A stretch of DNA of 64,000 bases from Octopus sinensis (taxonomy: Eukaryota): contig NC_043009.1 in the NCBI RefSeq assembly GCF_006345805.1, forward strand, positions 11,656,001 through 11,720,000. Reading direction: 5' to 3'. The notes below the pieces were generated by a model. It made no database searches and was not told where the DNA came from. It saw only the letters and a program-made list of their open reading frames with translations. Numbering within the stretch: position 1 is the stretch's first letter; each line of letters opens with the position of its first letter. The position numbers were made by a program, and so were the translations under genes. Below, in pieces: positions 1 through 13,851 of this stretch.

Positions 1-141
1 GTTTATCAAATACACTCACAAGGCTTTGGTCGGCCGCTTCTGTAATAGAAGATACTTGCCTAAGGTGACATGCGGTGATGGAAATGAACTCAGAACCATG
101 TGGTTGGTAAGCAAGCTACTTACCACACAACCATGCCTGTG

Positions 142-143
<2 letters not shown>
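1..143 (-). mobile_element. tRNA-derived SINE family B, head fragment
   Basis: Matches the copies at 10120-10285 and 22867-23030 (cactcacaaggctttggtcggcc...ccatgtggttggtaagcaagctacttaccacaca). Confidence 0.85.
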
Positions 144-145
<2 letters not shown>

Positions 146-181
<36 letters not shown>

Positions 182-261
182 TATATACATATACATACAT
201 ACATACATATTTATATACATACATACATACATACATACACATACATACATGCATGCATACA

Positions 262-294
<33 letters not shown>

Positions 295-443
295 GCATGC
301 ATACATACATACATACGTACATACATACACACACATACTAACACAACACATATATACATACTAACACATACACACACAAATACATACATACATACATACA
401 TAATATTTATATACATACATACATACATACATACATACATACA

Positions 444-473
<30 letters not shown>
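146..473. repeat. (TA)n/(TACA)n compound microsatellite
   Basis: Direct reading; abuts a family-B SINE head at 1-143. Confidence 0.95.
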
Positions 474-474
<1 letters not shown>

Positions 475-894
475 GAGTTTTCTGAGCTTAGAGACTGTCT
501 CGATTAAATGAGAGTGACGCTCGGGTGCGGTAGTTTACGTGGAAATTTAAGGTATGAGACTTTATCCTTGATAGAAAAAATGAGATTACGCCAGTGATGT
601 ACCAGAAGAAGAGAGAACTGAACAAAACCGAACCCTACCGTATACCAGAACTGATGATAAGTCAAAGATAGATATCTGAGCACAGGCCGACAGAAAGCTG
701 TGACAGACTGACACCGTTCCAAGATACGTGACGCAGTGGGAGCCCATAAATGAAAAGTTTTAACAAGAAATGTGCGTGCCAGACACAGTCGAAAGCTTTA
801 GCGTCATGAGGATTCTAACAGTTTCCATCAAAATTCTCAAGAATGGGAGTCCACGAACACATGATTTACGGGGAGCGGTTTTCTGTACAAATAT

Positions 895-1110
895 AGGTTT
901 CAAATTTTGGTACAAGGCCAACAAGCTCAGGGAGGGGGTCTGTGTCGATTACATCGACCCCAGTGCTCAACTGGTACTTATGTTGTTGACGCCGAAAGGA
1001 TGAAAGGCAAAGTCGACCTCGGCGGGATTTGAACTCAGAACATAAAGGCAGACGAAATGCCGCTAAACTTACTGTCCGACGTGTTAACGATTCTGCCAGC
1101 TCGCCACCTT
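895..1110 (-). mobile_element. tRNA-derived SINE family A (A2-type tail)
   Basis: Body aggatgaaaggcaaagtcgacctcggcgg.atttgaactcag; B-box-like GAGTTCAAAT on the minus strand. Confidence 0.85.
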
Positions 1111-1307
1111 ACGCTTTACTAATATTGTGTGTGTGTCTACAGATGTGAAATCGTGTCCACGTGCAACCTTCGAGTTTTTCTATCCCAAAAGGGTTTTTTA
1201 GCTCAATATCTCATTTATAGGTTTATGTGCTTCGAGATGCGTTATGCCAAAAATGAATTATTTCCTGTTCTCTCGTTCGTCTTTATAAATTCTAATGACA
1301 TCAGCAA

Positions 1308-1458
1308 CATGTATGTATGTATGTATGTATGTATGTATGCATGCATGCATGCATGTATGTATGTATGTATGTATGTATGTATGTATGTATGTATGTATGT
1401 ATGTATGTATGTATGTATTTATGTATGTATGTATGTATGTATGTACGTATGTATGTAT
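1308..1458. repeat. (ATGT)n microsatellite
   Basis: Direct reading. Confidence 0.95.
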
Positions 1459-2307
1459 GGTGGTAGGGTGTGTGAGTGCTGGCTTGGCGGAGAAGGAAGT
1501 ATATGCAGACTCGAACCAGGTTAATGAAGTTTTGCTGCCCTTTATGAAAATCATCATCAGCAAAAGCAATGTGAGAATCGAAAATTTGAAATGACCATTT
1601 ATCGCAGTATGCATAAACATCGTCATAGCAGCCATTATATTGAGTCAATAAGGAGACGTAATTATATTTCTGATAAGAATCATTAAAACGTCATTAACAT
1701 ATCAACATATACCATTAGTATATACCATTAATTCCTCATATCTTATAATACACAAGAGTTTTGTTAGTTTTAGTACTCAGTTAAAACACTCCCATAAGTA
1801 ATAGCTTGCTTTAGGACAGTCCCTCGCCAATGACACTAAATATCTTCGTTTGTTTTGTTGGGGTTTTTTTAAGATAAAGAAAGGGGCTACCTATTACGTA
1901 TCGTACTACTATATTCTTCCTCCTTGCACCATCATTTCAAAGAATGATTTTTCAGATTTTCTTGGCAGAATACAAAAGTGGTTTTCTCTTGTCTTTTTAC
2001 GAGACATTAACTTGTCAGTTACATATGGAGATGTTCGCCAGCCTGGCGAGTAAGAAAATAAGGAGATGGAACAAACGCCACTAAACATTTTATTGGAAGC
2101 TCTAATAAATCCATTCATCTATGCCTCTGGATTGGTATTTTATTTTATCGACCTGACTCTAGAACGATCAACCGTAAAGTTAACCGCGGCGGATTTGAAC
2201 TCAAAATGTTAAAAAACCTGAACACACACTTTAAGCCATTTGGTCCGGTACTCTATCGATCGTAGCAATTTGGTTCAAGACACGCCGTATTTGAATAAAA
2301 TATGGCT

Positions 2308-2946
2308 TTTCTACTCTAGGCACAAGGCTCGAAATTTTGGGGGAGGAGGCCAGTCGATTAGATCGACCCAGTACGCAATTGCTATTTGATTTATCGACCT
2401 CGAAAGGATTAAAAGACAAAGTCGACCTCGGTGGAATTTGAACTCAGAACGTAGCGGCAGACGAAATACCTATTTCTTTACTACCCACAAGGGGCTCAAC
2501 ACAAAGAGGACAAACAAGGACAGACAAACGAATAAAGTCGATTTACCACCCACAAGGGGTTAAACACGGAGAGGACAAACAAGGACAGACAAACGGATCA
2601 AGTCGATTTCATCGACCCAGTAACTGGTATTTATTTAACCGATCCCGAAAGGATGAAAGGCAAAGTCGACCCCGGCGGAATTTGAACTCAGAACGTTACG
2701 GTAGACGAAATACCTATTTCTTTACTACCCACAAGGGGCTAAACACAGAGGGGACAAACAAGGACAGACAAACGGACTTAATCGATTATATCGACCCCAG
2801 TGCGTAACTGGTACTTATTTAATCGACCCCGAAAGGATGAAAGACAAAGTCGACCTCGGCGGAATTTGAACTCAGAACGTAACGGCAGACGAAATACCGC
2901 TAAGCATTTCACCCGGCGTGCTAACGATTCTGCCAGCTCACCACCT
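2308..2946 (-). mobile_element. Head-to-tail array of family-A SINE units with one head
   Basis: Repeated bodies joined at acgaaatacc|tatttcttt (2470, 2714); head at about 2900-2946. Confidence 0.9.
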
Positions 2947-3404
2947 TATTGCCAGCTCGCTATATTGGCTATTTATGGCTGGAGCTCCTTTCATCAGGAG
3001 TCTGTTTAATCAGGATTATGACCTAAACAACAAAATAACAAAAGTTAACATAGACTCAAAACCATAAATTTAGTTCAGGGAATCAGTTTATTCCATCTAC
3101 GTTGAGTATTTGAACATACTTTTACTAAATTGCTCCGGGATTTATGAAAGAGCAACTTTGAACTCGGACGTAGAGAGACAGCACTAAATATCTCATGGCA
3201 TTTCTGTCAGTCGTTTTAACGATTCTGTTATCCAACGCCAAGCAATGAGTGAACCTCTATGCAAACGCCCGACCTACTAGAAATGATAGCCAACCTCTCC
3301 CACAATATACTGCCTAAAAACACAACAAGGAGAACACACTGTGTAATGTAATCTTAGACACACTATTTCCGAAAAAGAAAAACTGAGCGGCCACAACTGA
3401 AACA

Positions 3405-3620
3405 GAGACAGACAAACGGATTAAGTCCATAATAATATCGACCCCAGTGCGTAACTGGTACTTATTTAATAGACACCGAAAGGATGAAAGGCAAAGTCGA
3501 CCTCGGCGGAATTTGAACTCAGAACGTAGCGGCAGACGAAATACCTGTTCCTTTACTACTCACAAGGAGCTAAACACAGAGAGGACAAACAAGGACAGAC
3601 AAGCGGATTAAGTCGATTAT
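3405..3620 (-). mobile_element. Family-A SINE, partial dimer
   Basis: Body plus second tail, junction at 3545. Confidence 0.85.
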
Positions 3621-3681
3621 AGTTTGTGATATAATTATTGAGATGGGGTTAAGCTACAATGACACGGTATTAATTAGAAAA

Positions 3682-3900
3682 GGCGAACTTGGCAGAAGCG
3701 TTAGCACACCGGGCGAAATGCGTAGCCGTATTTCGTCTGCCATTACGTTCTGAGTTCAAATTCCGCCGAGGTCGACTTTGAATTTCATCCTTTCCGGGTC
3801 GATAAATTAAGTACCAGTTATGCACTGGGGTCGATGTAATCGACTTCATCCGTTTGTTTGTCCCCTCTGTGTTTAGCTCCTTGTGGGTAGTAAAGAAATA
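3682..3900 (+). mobile_element. Full-length family-A SINE with 16-bp TSD
   Basis: A/B-box-like motifs; TSD ggtattaattagaaaa at 3666-3681 and 3901-3916. Confidence 0.93.
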
Positions 3901-3989
3901 GGTATTAATTAGAAAATTATAGGTAACACAACATATGAGTGTAGGTGTATGTGTTTGTGTGTGTGTATGTGTTTTTGTTCAATCAATAG

Positions 3990-4630
3990 TTTCAAATGTT
4001 GGCACAAGGCCAGCAATTTTAGGGTGGGATAATCGATTACACTGACCTCAGTTCTCAACTGGTATTTATTTTATCGATCTCGAAAAGACGAAAGGCAAAG
4101 TCGACCTCGGCGGAATTTGAACTCAGATCATAATGTGTCCGAAAATTACTATCAGGCATTTTTGTGCTAACGTTTCTGCCAGCGACAACTCGACAAGATG
4201 CTAATTAAACAGAAAATAGCCTAAAGACTCAAATATACTTTTCTACTCGAGGCACAAGGCCCGAAATTTGGAAGGAGCGGGCCAGTCGATTAGATCGACC
4301 CCAGTACACAGTTGGTACTTAATTTATTGACCCCGAAAGGATGAAAGGCAGAGTCAACCTCGGCGGAATTTGAACTCAGAATGTTACTGTAGACGAAATA
4401 CCTATTTCTTTACCACCCACAAGGGGTTAAACACAGAGAGGACAAACAAGGACAGACAAACTGATTAAGTCGATTTCATCGACCCCAGTAACTGGTATTT
4501 ATTTAACCGATCCCGAAAGGATGAAAGGCAAAGTGGACCTCGGCGGAATTTGAACTCAGAACATAACGGCAGACGAAATACGGCTACGCATTTCGCCCGG
4601 CGTGCTAACGTTTCTGCCAGCTCGCCGCTT
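3990..4630 (-). mobile_element. Family-A SINEs: degraded copy 3990-4183 and dimer 4240-4630
   Basis: Family-A body; junction at 4402. Confidence 0.85.
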
Positions 4631-7571
4631 TACAGACTCAAATATAATATCACAACTTATCAACTTATATATAAATAAAGGCGAAAAGTAAAATCCGGAA
4701 TTGGCGGGTTTAGAATATAAAATGCAAGGGACACAATGTATTTTGACTGGTGGTCCATGGTACTCCACTACCTTTTCCTGTCTTAGAGCAAATATTTTGT
4801 TGGTTTCAATGGGTTACTGAAAACACTGGAAGGAATTTGGAATTAGAGTTGTCTTTAGCAGAGTTAGGTCTCCAGTCTGAAGATAACTTTCGGGTCCCCA
4901 CCCCCAATCACCAGCTTCAGAGGCTAGAAGAATGTCATGAGTGCTTCTATAACTCAATAATGTTACAGAAAGTAAAATATGCGACGTTGGAAGCTGGACG
5001 GTAAAAGAGTTTGTCGGAAATTTCCTTCTGTTACTTACTTAAGCACATAAGTTAAACAAAAATGGCTTCAAACGAAAATCGAAAATTGCCATGTGCTTAA
5101 ATCTTCACCTAATAATAATCTGCAGAGGATTAACGGCTTTTCAATGTATTAGACATTTCTCGATAATAGGAAAACGAGGAAGAAATGTTATTGAATCGAT
5201 TGATTTCATTCTTGGGAATAAAGAACGAATTTTCTTTCCTTTTTTTACTTTTTTTAGTTAAGAGTTGCACAGACTGACATACAATTCACTGCTCTAAATA
5301 ATACGAACGAGTGGCATAGCTATTACGTCTGGTATAGGATTCAGCAATCCGATAAAATGGAAAAGTTTGTTCACTAGATTTCGAAGAAATTAAGATAGCA
5401 TGGCTGGGTGTAGCTAAAAGAAAAGGTTCCCCAGTTAGAAGTTATTTGTGTACCGGTCCTTATTAGTGGAAGAGCTTTCATTTATGTTACTAAAGACTTT
5501 GAAAATGACACAAACCTACATTCCTTCTCAGTTATTGAGTAGAATTATCTCAATGCCTCTTAAACCCTAGGTAAATTAATGAACTGGCGCTTAACTTCAA
5601 TTTTCTGGCACCAAGAGCATAAGAGATAAATTTTCCGCTTGGATACCAGGCCACCAGCTCATGTAGCATTTCCGGATGATCTGTTATCCATTACCAACAG
5701 TTTAAACGACCTGTGATGATACAATACTAAGTATACTGCCCTAACACATGATAAAACGCCTGCAGTCAAGGCACTCGAGCGTCAATATATTCAATTCAGC
5801 CATTTTACCCGAAGAAACGAGGCTGTTTTCATCAAACTATACTGTTAGCATCATCACGACTGTTACGTAATTTCAGATGTTCTTCGCTTGAATGCCTATA
5901 ATCAATGGTCTGTTCGACGATCAGAAACTAAGCAACAGCAAAATCTTAAATAAGCACATTTTAACTAAGCCTGGTTAGCGGAAATCTTATTTACTGAATG
6001 CTTCCATGTAAAGATCGTGTAACACGACGTGTTATACAATTTTAATGAGATCTTAAACTCATAACATAAGACCACCGCATCTTTAGTGAGCCGAGTCGAT
6101 TTAGATGCCCAGCCTGCCACGAATAAGCTGTACAGCAACGAATGTGATGAAATACAATCCCATGATATATACGCTGCGTGCTAAGATCACAGGACTTACG
6201 TTAAATATTATTATAACCTTGCAATGGGAGCAGATATAGCCAAAGGGTTATGAATTTCGCTTTGCAAGTATTATGTCGCAGGTTTGTGATCTCTCTAGGC
6301 AGAAAATCATATTAAGCAAATGTCTTTTGCTATTAACTCGGATTGATCCATAACTTGTGAGTAAAACTTAATCAAGGGAAACTGTGGGGAAACCCTTCGG
6401 ATAAACAGTTTTGTTATACAATGTCATGCTAATGTTGCATTAATGTCGACTCTATGCTATTCCGTCTACCGCCAAATTGGTGCCAAAAATACTGATCAGC
6501 ACTCATTTGGACCACGTCAGTAAGGCTGAGAAAGGGGTTCTGGCGATTAGAAAAACTCAGGATCTCCATACGTGCAATCCAGGCTTGATCTGTGGCTGTC
6601 ATTAGTGGAGTCCATTTTGTTGCAAACCTTTGGACCAGAGTTTGGAATTGAAGGTGGCCTCCTGTTTCCCACCAACCACAAGGGCCATGAGTAGCACGCT
6701 TTCTCCTGACTAAGCAATCAAAAAATAATTCTTTAATAAATAGCTGAACTTTGCTCTAAGTAATTATTGCATCGGCAAGAATGTATAGCTGAGTTGGAAA
6801 TTTTGGCTTGCTTTCGACAAGAATTTATACTAGAGTCGTATTATTTTGTTTGATGTGAGGAATATAAAATCTAATGTTGCATGCATACTAATTTATAATA
6901 TCACCTTTTCTATCTTTCTTTCTTATCTTCAGACATGGGGTAGGGTTTGAAACGACGGATACACCTCACCGACAAATGAACATATCGAAGTTACCGATTA
7001 ACTAAACATATTTTGCTACCCAGTTAAGCGTAATATGTGGAGAAACAAAAGCAATCGAAAGGTGTCTTAACACGTATAAGGATTCGTTTAAATGCTTCTG
7101 ATAATACAAAATAAAACAGTAAACATCGAGGCATATAGAGACGGTTTCCGTTGACAAATAGTAATGCAAAAAAAAGTTCACACAGTTACAGGATAAACAG
7201 ACAGGACTCCTAATCAATATTTTTTTTATTAATATGGCATATGAAATGATGAAAAGGAAAGAAAATAGAAAGCAGCAAGTATACTGAGAAATATATTACA
7301 GCGAATCATGCAAATATTTCGTAATCTCGGCAGACAAAATGGCGACTTGCGTTGCGTCGAAGAATAATGAGAGAAATATGCTGAAAGAATCGTTCCACAT
7401 CGCAGAACTCGTTCTTGTGGATAGCAAGAATGATCAGGATAGGGATAGGTGGTGGTGGTGGTGGTGGTGGTGGTGGTGGTGGTGATGAGTGGAGGACAGA
7501 TCGCCAGTTTGTTGTAGGTTCGAAAAAGAAAAAAAACTATCAGAAAGCACCCAGCAGATACTTTCAGCTCC

Positions 7572-7602
7572 CTCTGACGAAGGGTTCTAACTGAAACGTT
7601 AG
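7572..7602 (+). ncRNA. Minimal type-I hammerhead ribozyme motif (degenerate stems)
   Basis: ct-CTGACGA-agggttctaact-GAAAC-GTT-ag; AATAAA at 7623-7628. Confidence 0.55.
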
Positions 7603-7819
7603 TTTTATCTTCTTTCCCATTGAATAAAATTTATTTCCTGGTGTGATTAACTATACTTCATCTCATCGACTCAACTAAAAACAGTCTACAGTGTGATTAA
7701 AAATATATTCCATAACCTCAACTAAATTTGTTTTTTGAACTTATAGACACATGTTGGACATCAATTTCCCGAATAAATAACGTTTTACAAAGTAACTAAG
7801 CTTATTCTACGATGGGCCA

Positions 7820-8025
7820 ACGGGGGAGCCTCTACACGATAGATCGACATGCTAATAACAGCAGCCAAATATCCCTCGAATTACACCCTACAGGAACAGC
7901 TTAGAAATAAATACATCAGATAGGGTAGTCTTTCAGATTACTAAAATACTAGACGGTCACAACTGGAACGCACTTGATCATAGATCTACTGGATCGATCT
8001 TGACCTGGGGCTAAACAATAAGAAC
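7820..8025 (+). mobile_element. Old interspersed repeat family D (SINE- or LINE-3'-like)
   Basis: gagcctctac...gctagaaatagcagcc...gatcatagatct...gacctggggctaaacaa; diverged copies near 3250-3400, 9655-9770, 11225-11445, 39280-39500 (+) and 36225-36330, 41785-41965, 48010-48210, 57125-57260 (-). Confidence 0.65.
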
Positions 8026-8480
8026 GACTGAAAAACAGTTAATGTGTGTGTGTATGCATGTGTGTACACGTGTTTGTGATTGTATGTTCATGAAGGGTGG
8101 CTGTGTGTGTACGTGTGTGTGTGTGTACATGCGTATATGTGTGTATGTGTGTCTGTCCGCGCGCGAGTGGTCTGTATGTATGAGCCCATACGTGTTCACC
8201 TCTCAGATCCGTTTGCGTGGAATATGTCCGTGTAATGTGTGTATTTTCTCTATGGATTCTTTTTTTTTTTTTTGTCCGAATGGATTACGAGTGTGTGAGC
8301 TTGTGTGTGTATTTGCAGTCATGTGTGTATGTATGCATGTGGTGCGTGTATATATGTGAGTGTGTGCCTCTCTGTATGCGAGTGTGTGACCGAGTGTTTG
8401 TGTATGTGTGTGTTTTTTTGTTGTTGTTTTTGTTTGTTTTTAACCCAATAAGGTTGAGAAATACTCGTTTTCCACTTTAC

Positions 8481-8535
8481 CTTGGCTGCAAAACAAAAGA
8501 AGGAGAAAAACCTCCATTGACTCTCGGCTGTTCAT
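8481..8535 (-). CDS. Candidate first coding exon of a host gene encoding a signal peptide (MNSRESMEVFLLLLFCSQ-G), phase-1 intron
   Basis: ATG at 8535; hydrophobic core; CAAG|GTAAAG donor at 8481/8480; upstream (GCA)n/(CAC)n and GA-rich tract resembling a 5'UTR; no downstream exon identified. Confidence 0.4.
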
Positions 8536-8579
8536 CCCGATCACTCTCCGGTCACCGACTGGCAAACCAAGTAAAGCTT

Positions 8580-9490
8580 TGACTGCTGCTGCTGCGGCTG
8601 CCGCTGCTGCTGCCGCTGCCGGTGCTGTTGACAGTGGTGGTGGTGGTGTGGTGGTGGTGGTGGTGGTGGTGGTGTTGCTGCTGTCACTGCTGCCGCTGTC
8701 GCTCTCCGAGACACTTTTCACTCCCTTCTTATCTCACTTTTGTCCTTCCTTTTTCTTCATGTAACTCCCTCTCTCCCCTCCCTCCCTCGCTCTCTCTCCC
8801 TCTTGCTCTCTTTTTCTTTCCCTCTTAGTCTTCATCTCCCTTTCTCTTTCCTTCTCTCTGTCTCAGATTATCTTTCGCGAGCTGAGTGAAGACTACTCCC
8901 CCAAACCCCATTACAGCTCTTTCCCCCCTTCTCCTTTCGTTGTTTCCCCCTCATCTCCCTTACATTCCCCTCTCTCCTCTCCCCTCTCTTTCTTTCTCTT
9001 TCTCTCTCCCTCCCTTACTCTGCCCTACTCCCACTTCCTAACCCCCTTTTACTATATCACCCTTTTTCTTCTTTTTTTCTTTGTATGTCTTCTTATCTCT
9101 CCCTCCCGTTCTGTTTGCATTTGTCATCCTCCCACTACCCCTCTCTCTCTTCTTTTGTCTCTTTCTCCCTCCCTCTCTCTCTCTCTCAATCTCTTTCTGT
9201 CTCCCTCTCCCTCTCCCTCTCTCATTTTATCTTTGCAATCACCCCTTAGTCACATTCTCCCCTTCCCATCCAACAACGTGTATCTGTCGCTCACGCTCCT
9301 TACACCCTCCTCTTACCTTTTCTCTTCAGTCTTCTCACGCTCCCTTTCTCTCTCAGTTTCTCTTATTACTTTTTTATCTCCCCTTCTACCCTCACTCTCT
9401 TCTACCTTGCCTCCACAACACCCTCTCTCCTTTTCCCCCCTTCCTCTCTTTTCCGCATCACTCCCCCTCTCTATGTCTCTCTATCTCCCT
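8580..9490. repeat. (GCT)n/(GGT)n triplets followed by an approx. 750-bp polypyrimidine (CT-rich) tract
   Basis: Direct reading. Confidence 0.9.
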
Positions 9491-9789
9491 TCGCGATCCG
9501 TGTTAACATGTTGACATTCCGTCTTTTATTCTTATCAATAAACAAATAAAGAATCGTCACCATTACTCACCTCCGCCAACAACCGCCACTGAACTTCTAA
9601 CATTGTCTACAACGCCACCACCCTCACCACCCACTACCATTTACCATCCCCCTCGAGAGCCTTCTATGCGGTCGCTGGACCGGCTAGAAATAGCAGCCGT
9701 TTCTCCTTCAAACAATCCCACACAATTGACTTTAAAACAAGTGAAAGACCAGACAATGAAGACCTGGGCAGACAAAAGGTCTTCAGTCG

Positions 9790-10035
9790 TCAGACGGCGG
9801 CCATGCTGGGGCACTGCTTTGAAATTTTAGCCGAATGAATCGACTACGGGACTTTTACATTTTTTTTTTATTTTTGTTTTTGTTAAGCCTAATTTTTATT
9901 CTATAGGGGTTTTTTACCGAACAGCTAAGTTACTGGGACGTAACTTCCTGCCGAACCGCAAAGTGACGGCGACATAAACACACCAGCATCGGTTATCAAG
10001 CGATGTTGGGGGGACAAACACAGACACACAAACAT

Positions 10036-10112
<77 letters not shown>

Positions 10113-10291
10113 ACATATATACGACGGGCTTCTTTCAGTTTCCGTCTACCAAATCCACTCACAAGGCATTGGTCGGCCGAGGCTATATTAGAAGACACTT
10201 GCCCAAGGTGCCATGCAATGGGACTGAACCCGGAACCATGTGGTTGGTAAGCAAGCTACTTACCACACAGCCACTCCTACGCCTATATATA

Positions 10292-10350
<59 letters not shown>

Positions 10351-10515
10351 CGACGGGCTTCTTTCAGTTTCCGTCTACCAAATCCACTCACAAGGCATTG
10401 GTCGGCCCGAGGCTATATTAGAAGACACTTGCCCAAGGTGCCATGCAATGGGACTGAACCCGGAACCATGTGGTTGGTAAGCAAGCTACTTACCACACAG
10501 CCACTCCTACGCCTA
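9790..10515 (-). mobile_element. Family-B SINE with internal (TA)n and a tandemly duplicated head (10120-10285, 10350-10515)
   Basis: A-box-like GTGGCTGTGTGG and B-box-like GGTTCAGTCCC on the minus strand; near-identical heads. Confidence 0.9.
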
Positions 10516-10749
10516 TATATATATATATATATATATAAACATACATACGGGTAACCACCCTGATTTCAAATTTGTGTGTATCACGTAAGGCTAGAGATGG
10601 GAACGATGACCTCCCCTCGCAAATATTAATCGGACACTGAATGTGTGTCGTTAACCAGCTGGAAGAGATGTCTTCCTGGGGCCTATAAACGTCAGTAGCA
10701 CTGTCCTGTATAGGACACCACACTTGGTTAGCAATTGTGTGTTACGGTA

Positions 10750-10819
<70 letters not shown>

Positions 10820-12469
10820 ACGATGGGCTTCTCACACTTTCCAACTGCAAGGCATAGATTGGATCGAGGTGGAAGGATTACAGTAGAAGATGCTTGCCCA
10901 AGGTACCGATCGGTAAGACTGAACCCGAAATCACATGGTTGCAAAGAGAAATTCTTAACCACATACAACCATGTCTCGCTGGAACAGCCATGGCTGGAAT
11001 TCAATAATAGAACTGCTCGCTTATGATTGGCTTGAGACAAAACACCAGTCTATCCACCATAATCAATGCCATCTACCAACAGCACTACCTCCGCGTCCCC
11101 ACCACTAGTACTACCTCCATCACTGCAATCAACTCTAAATACTACACGCTCGTTACATCTACTGCTACCACCACAACAGACACTACAACCAATAAACAAA
11201 AGGCCCTTGACATAATCGCTTGAAATACCATAAAAAACAACGAAATCTCCCTCAAATCACTCACCAGCATACGTTGGCTAATGCGGTCCTTGGTTTCCTG
11301 AACGTAGAAAAGAGCAAGTCCCGTCGGAAAGGGCTGGGTGCAACCGGAATACCTTTGATCATAAGGACAGTCCCATAGAAAACGGATGCTTCAATGCTCT
11401 TGATCATTAAAGGTGACCTGGGCCTAAAAATCAACAGTAGCAACAACCATCATTAAGATCCAGTATCATCATAGTTCTAGGAACAAACATTTTCGGACTG
11501 TTTTTGTTCCGTTTAGTCAGGGATGGGGAGGAACAAAGCGGTGACCCTTTACTTCTTTTAGGGCCTTTGAGTTTAGTGAGAGAAGTGGAGGTCTGAACTG
11601 AAAGCCTGCGAATGAGGAAACTCGACTAAAGGACCCTAAGACCAATTGGTGCTGGTGGTGATAGTAATGTTCAACTGGTTGACAGATTGTCTGTCACCCA
11701 AGAACTCAGAACTCCAAGAGTCGGAATAATTACTGCAAATAAAGCCTCCGATTGAAATTTTCCGGGCGGGACAAAAATACTTTTTTTTTCCTTTTAGGAA
11801 AAAAAAATACATCAGATACTCCTGAGCCCTTCTTTAGCTTTTCGTCCCCAGGCCTTTGTACCGGCTGAATCCTCCGTCTATAAATTTTTACAGGACGTTA
11901 TCCCACCAGACACTCTAACAATTCCGTCAATCCACCACTTTTGAGGGGCCTCTAAATTTTATCGACTCTGAAAGAATGAAAGGTCACGTTGACTTGGGTG
12001 TGATTTGAACTCTGAATGCACAGAACCTGAACAAACACCACAAGATCTTCTGCTCTAATAACTCTTTTGTTACTATATCTGCCAATGATCAAGCAGGCAA
12101 TTCTCCAGCATCCTTGTCACAACATTACCTTTTATCAATGTTAATTGTGATTCGTGTGCGTCGATCCATTAAAAATTATTACTATTTTTTTTTTTGCGAA
12201 GTGGATGGAGATTTTAAAAAAATATTTTGAATCGTCTTCCTTGTCCTCAATTGGTTGATTAAAATCTTTGTTCAACAATGTGTAACTTCTCTCAATGCGT
12301 TTATTAAACTCGAGTAAATAAATTTATCGTACAAACTACATTAAGAGTGATGTGTTGGCACTTCTTATTTCACTGTAATAATTCATCAAAGCCAACGTGT
12401 GGTTTCCGTATATATTTTACAATAAGTTTTCTACCAATCTGCACCAGTACCATTACAGCCAATTCTATG

Positions 12470-12887
12470 ACACCCACCACCACCACTACCATCAACATCA
12501 TCATCATCATCACTACTATAAAATTCACACCACCACCACCACCACCACCACCACCACGGCAACACCTTCTATATTGCCGCCAACAAACAAGTTTATTATT
12601 ACTATCACTACCACCACCGCCATTACCACACTTTTACAACTACAACGTTCAACACTGCTGCTGCTACTACTACTACTACTACTACTACGACGACGACGAC
12701 GACGACGACTGCGATTACTACTACTCCTGCTACAACTACTACTACTATTACTACTACTACTACTACTACTACTACCACTATACCACTACTATCACTACAA
12801 CTACTACTACAACTACCACCACCACCACAACTACCACACCACCACCACAACTACTACCACCACCATTACTATACTACTACTACTACT

Positions 12888-12918
<31 letters not shown>

Positions 12919-13035
12919 TATACCACTACTATCACTACAACTACTACTACAACTACCACCACCACCACAACTACCACCACCACCACCACAACTACTACCA
13001 CCACCATTACTACTACTACTACTACTACTACTAGG
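12470..13035. repeat. Compound trinucleotide microsatellite (ACC/ACT/ATC/GAC)n with an internal duplicated block
   Basis: Direct reading; block taccactactatcactacaa repeated near 12781 and 12920. Confidence 0.9.
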
Positions 13036-13326
13036 ATCAACAGACATCACTACCATTAAAATATTACGTTAACCACCCGCTATTACAACTGCTTACGCCT
13101 CCGCCACCGCCGCTGCAAACCTCTACCACCACCCAAAGTGTAACGCCACCCTTGAGATTCGTGTATTAACTGTCCTACCCTGCAACTACTATATTCACGC
13201 TAATCACAAAAAAAAAAAAAAAAAAAAAAAAAACACACTCTATCAAACAGCAACAACAACAACAACAACGAAAATAATGAGAGTACTAGCTTTTGTTACA
13301 ACCATCTCTCTTTCTCTCACTCTCTT

Positions 13327-13366
<40 letters not shown>

Positions 13367-13428
13367 CATATATACATACATATATATATATCTTTTTCTA
13401 TGTATGTGTGTACCTTCGTGTGTGTGTT

Positions 13429-13461
<33 letters not shown>

Positions 13462-13851
13462 ATTGCAGGCCTACACATAATTGCTTGTTTTGGTGGGGTT
13501 TTTTGTAGTTTCCAAGAAAATTCTTGCCATGCGTTTTATCATGAAACAGAGAAATCTGCTGCATATTTTGATCACTAACTTATTTAAGGTTAAGTGTTTA
13601 ACTCATCTGCAATCGCTGACCTTTGAAGGGTTACTGTGATTGATCTCATCCCACTTGATAGTTTTTTTCTTTGCTTTTCTTTTTTGTCTTTTCTTTTTTT
13701 TTTCAAGGTGAAACGGCTTAGTGAAGAATAATGCAGTAATTAGATTGTCTAAATATCAATCTATGAGGTGAGGTTTCAATATTGACAAAAAAAATTTTGA
13801 TCGGCCTCGATCCGAAGACTCAGTATCGAATTTTGTTTTCAGACATGCAGG

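Noticed and set aside
16-507. Long ORFs such as [16 protein letters not shown] (also 1129-1648, 17867-18115, 53931-54752 and others)
   Set aside because: Translations of stop-free microsatellites, not genes
504-860. Purine-rich segment possibly a decayed LINE endonuclease region
   Set aside because: No convincing conserved motif readable by eye
2308-2946. CRISPR-like repeat array
   Set aside because: Units are approx. 180-bp SINE bodies without unique spacers; eukaryotic context and no cas genes
2800-3009. Recurrent ORF MRNWYLFNRPRKDERQSRPRRNLNSER
   Set aside because: Antisense translation of family-A SINEs
3682-3780. tRNA gene calls for SINE heads (families A, B, C)
   Set aside because: A/B boxes continue into long shared bodies with TSDs; no complete cloverleaf evident, so they are SINEs
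5033-5110. Possible second exon (minus) with strong GTAAGT donor
   Set aside because: In-frame stop in the phase required by the candidate first exon
12347-13072. 241-aa and 220-aa low-complexity ORFs
   Set aside because: Trinucleotide repeat translations with no domain or splice evidence
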